Source of the DNA: Reyranella sp.
GTDB taxonomy: Bacteria; Pseudomonadota; Alphaproteobacteria; Reyranellales; Reyranellaceae
Direction: 5' to 3'
Assembly (NCBI GenBank): GCA_036493235.1
Contig: DASXQC010000192.1
Location: 332 to 64,331 of the forward strand
Length of the DNA stretch: 64,000 bases
Under the pieces are notes generated by a model. It saw nothing but the letters and a program-made list of their open reading frames with translations, did not search any database and was not told where the DNA came from. Of the stretch, positions 36,001 through 42,258 are shown one piece after another (position 1 is the stretch's first letter; each line of letters begins with the position of its first letter). The position numbers were made by a program, and so were the translations under genes.

Positions 36001-37505
36001 ACACCCATCTCGGACTCCGGCCCTTGCGGCGCAACCTCTCCTACTTTGGCGTCGACATCGACCAGCTGATCGCCGAACACCGCGACGTCGCTTGCCGGCT
36101 GTTCGGCGAGATCATCGGGTTCTTTTCCACTGGCCAGCTTGTGGCACTGCCGCATCGCGTGTTCGTCGGTGAACGTGTGGATGACGCTTTCCGCTTGATG
36201 CAGCGCTCTGGCCATGTGGGCAAGATCGTGATCCGGCCGCCGGCCTCAAAGGCCGCTCGCGGCCAAATGCGCGGTGCCTTCCCTGTAGGCACTCAGGGCA
36301 CACATGTCATCATAGGCGGCACAAGCGGCTTTGGTCTCGCCACGGCTGGTTGGTTGGCCGACCGTGGTGCGCGCCACGTGGTGCTGGCCAGCCGGTCCGG
36401 CCGCGTCTCGGAGGGTGATCAGGCGGAGCTAGATAAGCTCCGCCGCAAGGGCGTCGGTGTGTCGGTCGAAAGCGTCGACGTCGCCGACGAGGCGACACTT
36501 CGGCAACTGCTGCGCGGTGTGAGCGAAGTTGGCGCGGTGAAGGGCATCGTCCATGCTGCGATGGTGATTGACGACCGGCTAATCGAAGGAATCGATGCCG
36601 ACGCCATTGAAACAGTGCTGCGACCCAAGATCACCGGCGCGCTCAACCTCGAACGCATCGCGGCCGACCTCGATCTCGATTATCTGCTGCTCTATTCGTC
36701 GGCGACGACAATGTTCGGCAACCCCGGACAGTTCAACTATGTCGCGGCCAATGGCTTCATGGAAGGTCTCGCCCGACAGATGCAGGCTCGCGGCCTGCCC
36801 GCTATCGCCGTCTCCTGGGGCGGCATCGAGGACGCGGGTTACATCTCGCGCAACATCGCCACGGACTCCAATCTGCGCAAGCGCTTTTCCTCGAGTCTGA
36901 TCTCGGCGCAAACCGCTCTGGACGGCCTCGACTGGGCCTTCGATCAGGCTGGCCGGCCCGCAACGGCGCATTGCGCACTCGCGAGGATCAACTGGTCGCT
37001 GGCGCGGCACGAATTGGCGGTTGTCAGGACCCCAATCTTCGGGTCGCTGGGCGCCACCAGTGGATCGCGCCAGTCGGGCGAATCGGCTGCCATCCTCGAG
37101 AAACTGCGCGGCCTTTCGGTGGATGTCGCCGCCGATGCACTGGTCGAAATCGTAGTCGAGGAGATCGCTCGAGTACTGCGGCTGCCTCCTAAGGAGATCG
37201 ACCGCCATCGACCGCTTTCCGAAATCGGCATGGACTCCCTGATGATGCTGGAACTCCGCAACGTCGTCGAGGGCGTGTTGCAGGTCGACCTGCCGATGAT
37301 GTCGCTGTCGAGCGGCATTACTCCGGTCGACGTCGCCCGCCGGATCGCACCACTGGTGACGGGCGAACAGAAGCAGACTGTACCGAGCGCGCTGGCAGCG
37401 ATCACAACAAGCCATTTTGCCGAAGAGATAGCCACAACGACGATCGAGGAGCAGAATGCCGCCGTCGACGCCGTCCTCGGCAGGCTGCATGACCTCAGCA
37501 ACTAG
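30099..37505 (+). CDS. Reducing type I polyketide synthase KS-AT-DH-(pseudo-MT)-ER-KR-ACP, RkpA/WcbR-like
   Basis: 2468 aa; KS DTACSSS, HGTGT and KSNVGH; AT GHSVG and YPFHS; DH HKVGGVAVFP; ER LIHGGAGAVG; KR GGTSGFG and YVAAN; ACP GMDSLM; no TE domain. Confidence 0.95.
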   Translation: MQSKDEVAIVGYACRLPGARHSRELWKLLKNNRCTVTQITPDRFPIQGFHHPSPDQKGRSYTFAAGVIDDVWGFDASAFGMSPREAEQVDPQHRHLLEVTFDALAHAGIRPSSLAGTDTGVYVGVSSVDHATRFFADPTVADVHMMTGNSLSIMSNRISYTLDLRGPSLSIDTACSSSLVALHLASEAIRNGTIDTAIVAGANLILSPYSYVGFSRASMLSPTGLCRPFDAGADGYVRAEGVVAVVLRSIQAAHRSRNHIHSVVVGSAMNQDGRTTGMSLPSAESQRALLESIYSEFSVDPADLLFVEAHGTGTQVGDPIEADALGKGLGQQRARPLPIGSIKSNVGHLEPVSGLAGLLKTVMALNHGMVPATLHHKSPSPNIAFDELNLRVIDRNWRPSEQQGSMLAGVNSFGFGGTNAHAILRREAATERLVYLRANAPPPPLLITAHNSDGVASLAKAFDMQWPRERRAVPEFIGAAAYLRDALPHRALIRGGTAEEIRRNVREFAEKGTAPSVLTGQALGNELPVTFLFSGNGSQWSGMGRRAWQGNVHFREALTEIDGHFRKVQAWSIVDELFVENLADRLRRATYSQPLLLALQVATVRALEQSGLTASAVMGHSVGEVSAAWASGALSLEQAIDVVIARSRHQESTHGTGSMAALMLSEREARRFLKMANAQEVDVAAINSWRSVTVSGPTPEIDRLLAAAEKARVSARRLDLDYPFHSALVDPVRAPLLRELEGLKPHANRRKLVSSVTGEAIDGQSLSAEHWWRNVRDPVQFDSALACLLNDGYRVFVEVGPRPVLTSYVRDVLREKGNRGIVVEAMNDADGPQDPLELAVARVLLAGGKIDQQRVFGPPPATAVLLPLYPWQHTPFKMQPTIESSMQLIDVAHPLLGQRPRFDSAEWFSIVDPVLFPWLQDHKVGGVAVFPATAYVEAVLAAASEILGSVALELRDFDIVRPIIFDGRTSHETKVRFSVESGLAEFYSRLRGGLADWSLNARGIVRRSPITAKLVTPAGTGPVTVKKARIYECAQELGFTYGLAFQRMQQVSYPHPKRAVAPLDPPSFPIEGAYVTDLTAFDSAFHTLFATEEAGVADQPMTRMVPIRLGCVRLYKPGVVAKSVIVRTVRQSPTSITLDIELRDDKGDIVLAADEARLIEAPADALTDPAALGYRTTAWHLDREGKASRLIPLRESVAPTTNAPASLDESLLLLEAGCLRSAWQALAVADEVSADEAVTATWREFYRAGLLWHLELRNLAHEKDGKLVPSLTCDLPQVASILGSLTVRHPTMTVEATSLARIDEILGRLLSADPDAIHELTSAHWRNLGLASSQTQLLRQSVVGHLNAIIEQADDDRLFRVLMVGSEHLTAGHDLINRFGNLELLVTDVDPGRLEQARLAAGDSEARIRWVAWTSLGELAPRSIDLAFAIDALSEVAAFDGGLASVIRVLRPGAPVVAGELSPSLFWDIVRGTKATWWARSANPAFPVGALLTRQEWIDELDLAGMRSASASSVVDGTHIGIFIQAIAPAAAPDESSGAESVFSWEGDDASESKGNVQLRSRVAERLGEQPPDLASPARPTTDIVWTIAAMRAMADPMAVLTRHLAGIAARCRRIGDTVRRLWILIEFDQVEDVTQPLALPVWTSVTSAMRVAQNEYAGLQIRCLGLADTTASTIDRTADELMAPEADREIFVSGAHRTIVRIRRGATARAVADAAPDADHTAIGLSPRAEHGRLAWITEERSFPKVGEIEVKVAATGLNFRDVMWNLRLLPEEALEEGYAGASLGMECAGIVTRVGANVDTVRLGDKVVGFAAHAFRSHVVAPAFTFARMADDLTFDAASTIPVAFLTAYYSLLHLSRLKGGETVLIHGGAGAVGLAAVQIARLVGARIVATAGSEEKRAFLRHYGVDFVCNSRTLTFADEINAYTNGKGVDVVLNSLAGEAMSRSMDCLRPFGRFVELGKRDFYANTHLGLRPLRRNLSYFGVDIDQLIAEHRDVACRLFGEIIGFFSTGQLVALPHRVFVGERVDDAFRLMQRSGHVGKIVIRPPASKAARGQMRGAFPVGTQGTHVIIGGTSGFGLATAGWLADRGARHVVLASRSGRVSEGDQAELDKLRRKGVGVSVESVDVADEATLRQLLRGVSEVGAVKGIVHAAMVIDDRLIEGIDADAIETVLRPKITGALNLERIAADLDLDYLLLYSSATTMFGNPGQFNYVAANGFMEGLARQMQARGLPAIAVSWGGIEDAGYISRNIATDSNLRKRFSSSLISAQTALDGLDWAFDQAGRPATAHCALARINWSLARHELAVVRTPIFGSLGATSGSRQSGESAAILEKLRGLSVDVAADALVEIVVEEIARVLRLPPKEIDRHRPLSEIGMDSLMMLELRNVVEGVLQVDLPMMSLSSGITPVDVARRIAPLVTGEQKQTVPSALAAITTSHFAEEIATTTIEEQNAAVDAVLGRLHDLSN

Positions 37506-37507
37506 AG

Positions 37508-38869
37508 ATGGCTGCATATCACGACGACGCCCAGGAAACGGTCAATCGGGTCCGACAGGTCCTCGAGACATTCGGACGTGAGCCGAAGCGCTCGACTGCG
37601 GCCCGCGAAGCGCCGCTAGGCCAGGCAGAGCAACACGCAGCGTTCAGTGAGCTGCCGGAATACGAGATATTCAAACTAGGACGCGCCGCGAGCGACATCA
37701 CCGGAATCTCCAACCCGTTCCATCGCCTGCATCACGGCCGCGCCCGCGAGACAACGACGATCGACGGTCGAACGGTCGCGAACTTCTCGTCCTACGACTA
37801 TCTCGGACTCAATGGGCATCCTGTCGTGAGCGCAGCGGCCAAGGTCGCCATCGACCGTTTTGGCACGTCAGTCTCGGCCAGTCGCCTGACTGCGGGCGAA
37901 CGCGAGATCCATCGCGAGTTGGAAGTCTCCTTGGCCAGGCTGCATGGCAGCGAGGATGCCCTAGCCTTCGTGTCCGGCCATGCCACCAACGTCTCGGTCA
38001 TCGGTACGCTGCTCGGCTCGGAAGACCTGATCCTCTGCGATTCGTTGATCCACAATAGCGTCACGGAGGGTGCCAAGCTGGCCGGAGCCAAGCGGATTAC
38101 CTGGCCTCACGGTGATCTCGAAAGCCTCGAGCGCGCACTCAGGCTCAACCGTGCTCGGCATCGGCGGGCGCTCGTCGTTACCGAGGGGCTCTACAGCATG
38201 GATGGCGACATGCCGGACCTCGCAGCCCTGATCAAGCTCAAACGCCGCTACAATGCCTGGCTCATGGTCGACGAGGCGCATTCACTGGGGGTCCTCGGCG
38301 CCACTGGAAGGGGCATCGCTGAGGAGCAGAATGTCCCGCCGACCGATGTCGACATCTGGATGGGCACGCTCAGCAAGTCGCTGGCCGCCACAGGCGGCTA
38401 CATCGCCGGCAGCAAGGCGCTTATCGAGATCCTGAAGTACACGACGCCGGGCTTTGTCTACAGCGTTGGGCTGTCGCCACCAGTCGCCGCAGCGGCTCAT
38501 GCGGCGATCGACGTAATGCGGGCGGAACCCGAACGGCTGCACAGGTTGCGCGACAACGGACAATACTTTCTGTCCGGAGCGAAGGCCCGCGACCTCGATA
38601 CAGGCCTTAGCATTGGCGCCGCCATCGTTCCTGTGATCATCGGCAATTCCGCGCAAGCCATCATACTGGCCGACCGATTGCTGGCGCGCGGATTCAACAT
38701 CGTGCCGGCGATCTTTCCTGGCGTCGCGGAGAATCAAGCGCGACTACGGATTTTCATTACCAGCCAGCACTCGGCCGGCCAGATCGATAGTGTCCTGGAT
38801 GCCATCGCTGAGGAATTGAAGATCGTCCGAAGCGGGCCCTCCTTCGTGTCCATGGTCGCCAAGGGATGA
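37508..38869 (+). CDS. Alpha-oxoamine synthase (SPT/BioF family PLP acyltransferase, RkpG/WcbT-like)
   Basis: NFSSYDYLGL, HNS, EGLYSMDGD, DEAHS and GTLSKS; starts 2 nt after the PKS stop. Confidence 0.9.
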   Translation: MAAYHDDAQETVNRVRQVLETFGREPKRSTAAREAPLGQAEQHAAFSELPEYEIFKLGRAASDITGISNPFHRLHHGRARETTTIDGRTVANFSSYDYLGLNGHPVVSAAAKVAIDRFGTSVSASRLTAGEREIHRELEVSLARLHGSEDALAFVSGHATNVSVIGTLLGSEDLILCDSLIHNSVTEGAKLAGAKRITWPHGDLESLERALRLNRARHRRALVVTEGLYSMDGDMPDLAALIKLKRRYNAWLMVDEAHSLGVLGATGRGIAEEQNVPPTDVDIWMGTLSKSLAATGGYIAGSKALIEILKYTTPGFVYSVGLSPPVAAAAHAAIDVMRAEPERLHRLRDNGQYFLSGAKARDLDTGLSIGAAIVPVIIGNSAQAIILADRLLARGFNIVPAIFPGVAENQARLRIFITSQHSAGQIDSVLDAIAEELKIVRSGPSFVSMVAKG

Positions 38870-39654
38870 ACTATCGGACCGTCGCGATCACCGGCGCGTC
38901 TAGCGGCATAGGGGCGGCGTTGGCCCAACGGCTTGCCGCGCCGGGCCGGTTGCTCGTCCTGATGGCACGTAACGCCGAACGACTTGAGCACGTGGCCGAA
39001 ACGTGCCGGGCCAAGGCGGCGACGTGTCGCAAGATCGACATCGATGTCCGCGATCGCGATCGGATCGTGACCGCGTGCGAGGATCTCGATCGCGAGCTCG
39101 GATTCGATCTCTTGATCGCCAACGCCGGCATCCTCGACGGCCGGCGCGCCGACGAGATTGTCGAGAGCGGAACGACCGCACGTCAGGTCCTGGAGACGAA
39201 TCTCCTTGCGACGATCGATGTCATCCATGCCGTGCTACCCGGTATGCGCAGACGTCGCCGGGGCAGTATCGTGCTTGTGTCTTCATTGGCTGCTTTCTTT
39301 CCGTTGACGGATGCCCCGGCCTACTCCGCTTCGAAGGCCGCCCTTGTCTCCTACGGAGTCGCGCTGCGCAGCGCCCTTTCGGGCCAAGGAGTAAACGTCG
39401 TCGTGGCCTGTCCAGGCTTCGTGATCACGCCGATGTCCGATGACCATGTCGGTGCTCATCCCGACGCGGTCACCGCCGACGATGCTGCCCGGCGAATCCT
39501 TGCCGGACTTGACGCAAACCGGGCACTGATCGGCTTCCCGGCCGTGCCGTTCTGGTTGTCCCGCCTCAGTCTGCTCGTGCCTGAATCGTGGCGCCGACGC
39601 GACGCGGACAAGACCCGTTTCCATGTCAGACCGCGGCCGCCGGCGGAGACTTGA
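38866..39654 (+). CDS. SDR family oxidoreductase (RkpH/WcbP-like)
   Basis: TGASSGIG, NAG, YSASK and CPGFV motifs; ATGA overlap with the oxoamine synthase. Confidence 0.9.
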   Translation: MNYRTVAITGASSGIGAALAQRLAAPGRLLVLMARNAERLEHVAETCRAKAATCRKIDIDVRDRDRIVTACEDLDRELGFDLLIANAGILDGRRADEIVESGTTARQVLETNLLATIDVIHAVLPGMRRRRRGSIVLVSSLAAFFPLTDAPAYSASKAALVSYGVALRSALSGQGVNVVVACPGFVITPMSDDHVGAHPDAVTADDAARRILAGLDANRALIGFPAVPFWLSRLSLLVPESWRRRDADKTRFHVRPRPPAET

Positions 39655-39657
39655 CCA

Positions 39658-40350
39658 ATGTCCTCCTCGCGGGGTTTGCAGCGCTCCAATAGCGGCTGGC
39701 TGGCAACAGTCGAAGCGCGGGCACTCGACTTTCTGGCCGTCCGCCTGCCCCGCTTCGTCACGCCAAACCAGTTGACGGCACTCGGCTTCAGCGGTGCGGT
39801 ACTCGCCTTTGTCGGTTACGCTCTGGCTGCGCACCAAGCGGCCTTCCTCTGGCTCGTTGAAGTGGGATTAATCCTGAACTGGTACGGCGATTCGCTGGAT
39901 GGCCGTGTGGCCCGGCTGCGGGGGCGCGAACGTCCGCGCTACGGCTTCTTCCTCGATCAGTCGGTCGACATTCTCGCCCAGGCGCTGTTTTCGCTGGGCC
40001 TCGGCATGTCCGGCTATATCAGGCCGGAGATCGTGGCCGCAGGATTCGCGGCCTATCTGATGATGACAGCTCAGTCGCTGTTGCGCGCCCACGCCACAGG
40101 CGTTTTCCATCTGGCGACGGGCGGTATGGGTCTAACCGAGGTACGCTGTCTCTTCCTCGTGGCCAACGCCGTTTTGTACTTCGTGCCTCCACGGCCCTTC
40201 CAGATCGGCTCGACGACGTTCGCCTATCCCGACCTGTTCGGCGTCGTCTGGATCCTCACGAACATTGTGCTGTACGTCGTCGCGATGTTCACCGAGCTGA
40301 AGAACCTCGCCCGTGAGGAGCCCAACGAACCTGAGAGTTTGTTAGATTAA
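39658..40350 (+). CDS. CDP-alcohol phosphatidyltransferase family protein
   Basis: TPNQLT and the signature DSLDGRVAR..YGFFLDQSVD (DxxDGxxAR..GxxxDxxxD); multi-TM. Confidence 0.9.
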   Translation: MSSSRGLQRSNSGWLATVEARALDFLAVRLPRFVTPNQLTALGFSGAVLAFVGYALAAHQAAFLWLVEVGLILNWYGDSLDGRVARLRGRERPRYGFFLDQSVDILAQALFSLGLGMSGYIRPEIVAAGFAAYLMMTAQSLLRAHATGVFHLATGGMGLTEVRCLFLVANAVLYFVPPRPFQIGSTTFAYPDLFGVVWILTNIVLYVVAMFTELKNLAREEPNEPESLLD

Positions 40351-40484
40351 TCTATCTCAACGATTGCACCTCTCCGCCGAACGTCGTGCAATACTTGGTC
40401 TGGTTGACCCTCGAGGTAGACATTAGAGTCGCAAATCCAAGCTGCGCCCGCTTGTTCCGAATTGGCTCTCTGGAAAGAGTTGCC

Positions 40485-41096
40485 TTACATCGGCGGCGTC
40501 AAGCCGTCCTTGCCAACCGCCATGCGAGCGGCCGTCATGCTGCCGTCGGCCGCCTTCTGGGCGATGACGAACACCTTGGCGCCGACCTTGGCGTCGCTCT
40601 GCTGGCCTGGTTGGAAAGTGACGATCGGCGTGCCCGGCTTCACCTTGATGGTCTGCGTGCCGCCGCCCTTGTAGTCGAGCTTCAGCGTCTGGCCGTCGGA
40701 GGCGCTCGCCACCGTAGCGACATTGGCGTTGGTCATCATGCTGTTGGGCTTGAGGTCCCACGCATAGTGGCCTTCGCCGGTGCCGCGCAGCGCTTCCGGG
40801 AACACCAGCACCTCGAGCGCGGTACGGTCGGCGTCGCTTCCGATCGACGCGATGCCGACGAAGCTGCCCTGCTTGACGTCGGCCAGCGTCAACGGCGTCA
40901 CGAGGCTGACCCCCCAATTGTCGGCCAGCTTGACGTTCGCAGTCGTGCCGTCCCGCACGGCGATGGTCACGGTCTTGCCGTCGATGGCGGTGATCGCGCC
41001 GCGCAGGCGCACAGGCGTGGTCTGCGCCGAGGCGGTGAAGCTCAAACCGAGGACGGCCGCGGCCAACAGGCCAACGATGAAGCGGATGGTGAGCAT
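40485..41096 (-). CDS. Secreted beta-rich hypothetical protein with two similar OB-fold-like halves
   Basis: Signal peptide ending ASA-Q, GGAGG RBS; similar halves (RLRGAITAIDGKTVTI and VATVASASDGQTLKL; DVKQGSFV and DAKVGAKVFV). Confidence 0.7.
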   Translation of the reverse strand: MLTIRFIVGLLAAAVLGLSFTASAQTTPVRLRGAITAIDGKTVTIAVRDGTTANVKLADNWGVSLVTPLTLADVKQGSFVGIASIGSDADRTALEVLVFPEALRGTGEGHYAWDLKPNSMMTNANVATVASASDGQTLKLDYKGGGTQTIKVKPGTPIVTFQPGQQSDAKVGAKVFVIAQKAADGSMTAARMAVGKDGLTPPM

Positions 41097-41281
41097 GTGT
41101 CCTCCCTGAAAGGAGGCGTCAGCTTGGCACGCGCAATTCGCACGGGCCGCTTACGTTTGCGTGAGGCGGTCGCGAGGACAGATGCGCGCACGTTGCAACC
41201 GTACGTCTTGCTTCGGGTTGATCCGTCAGGGTGATCGCCAGTCCGGGGTTGGCATTCGCCAGCATGCCTTCGGAGTTGTCG

Positions 41282-41425
41282 ATGTCCGCCGAACATATTC
41301 TCCAAAACGTGAGTCATCTCGTCTGGGCATCGGGCCCTGTCATCCTGGCCATCGGCCTTGCCATCGCAACCGTGTCTCACCGGCGCTGGGCCAACCGTCA
41401 GGAGCGCCACCCGCCCCTGCCCTGA
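41282..41425 (+). CDS. Putative 47-aa single-TM small protein
   Basis: CGGAG RBS then ATG; hydrophobic stretch GPVILAIGLAIATV followed by basic HRRW; fits the gap between two minus-strand genes. Confidence 0.4.
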   Translation: MSAEHILQNVSHLVWASGPVILAIGLAIATVSHRRWANRQERHPPLP

Positions 41426-41439
41426 CACTGACACTGACG

Positions 41440-42222
41440 TCAGGTGTCGGCGAGCTGGTCGCCGGTCGAGAGGAATCGGCGCTCGCTACCGCGCAGCACC
41501 AGGCAGGTGAGCCGCCCGCTCACGAAAGCGCCAGTGTCGATATTGATGCGATGCCCGCGATTCTGCGGCAGGTCGCAGATCGTGTGGCCATGCACCACCA
41601 CGCGTCCCGGCAGCGGCGTGCGCACGCGCAGGAAGTCGTCGCGGATCCACAGCAGGTCGGTCTGTGTCTGCTTCTCCAGCGTGATGCCCGGCCGCACGCC
41701 GGCATGCACGAAGACATAGTCGCCGACCGTGTAGTGCAGCAGGCAGCGGCGAAAGAAGGCGACGTGCCGTTCCGGCACCGCCTCGATCAGCGCAGTCTGC
41801 AGCGCCCTCACCGCCTCGCCGCTGTTGGGCAGGCTGCGCAACGGCACGCCGTAGGACAACAGCGTCTCCAGCCCGCCAAACGACAGCCAGTCGATGCCGT
41901 CGCTCTCGCCGTCCAGGAACGAGAGCAGCGCCTCTTCGTGATTGCCCATCAAACGGACCGTAGTGAAACCCGGCAGCAGGTCGGACATCACGGCATCGAC
42001 CACGCCGCGGCTTTCCGGGCCGCGGTCGACGTAGTCGCCGAGAAAGATCAGGCTGCGTGCCGAATCTAACGGCTGCTGCGCGGCGTCCTCCCGGATCTGC
42101 GCCAGCAGATCCTCGAGCAGGTCGAGACGGCCGTGGATGTCGCCGATGGCGTACACCGCCTGCCCGGCCGGGACGGTTCCCGGCCGCGTCGCAGGCGCAA
42201 GACCGAACAAACGTCGCAGCAT
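41440..42222 (-). CDS. Metallophosphoesterase (PPP/PrpA-like protein phosphatase family)
   Basis: GDIHG, GDYVDRG, GNHE, VHAG, HGHT and IDTGA motifs. Confidence 0.9.
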   Translation of the reverse strand: MLRRLFGLAPATRPGTVPAGQAVYAIGDIHGRLDLLEDLLAQIREDAAQQPLDSARSLIFLGDYVDRGPESRGVVDAVMSDLLPGFTTVRLMGNHEEALLSFLDGESDGIDWLSFGGLETLLSYGVPLRSLPNSGEAVRALQTALIEAVPERHVAFFRRCLLHYTVGDYVFVHAGVRPGITLEKQTQTDLLWIRDDFLRVRTPLPGRVVVHGHTICDLPQNRGHRINIDTGAFVSGRLTCLVLRGSERRFLSTGDQLADT

Positions 42223-42258
42223 CTGAAGCGACTACCCCCACGAAGCGGGGGAAGCAAC

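Noticed and set aside
37508-38869. Calling this gene bioF
   Set aside because: No other bio genes are present, it is coupled to a TE-less PKS, and it has an N-terminal extension
40343-40354. Perfect 12-bp palindrome TAGATTAATCTA at the end of the PKS operon
   Set aside because: Single AT-rich occurrence overlapping a stop codon; insufficient support for a terminator or att site
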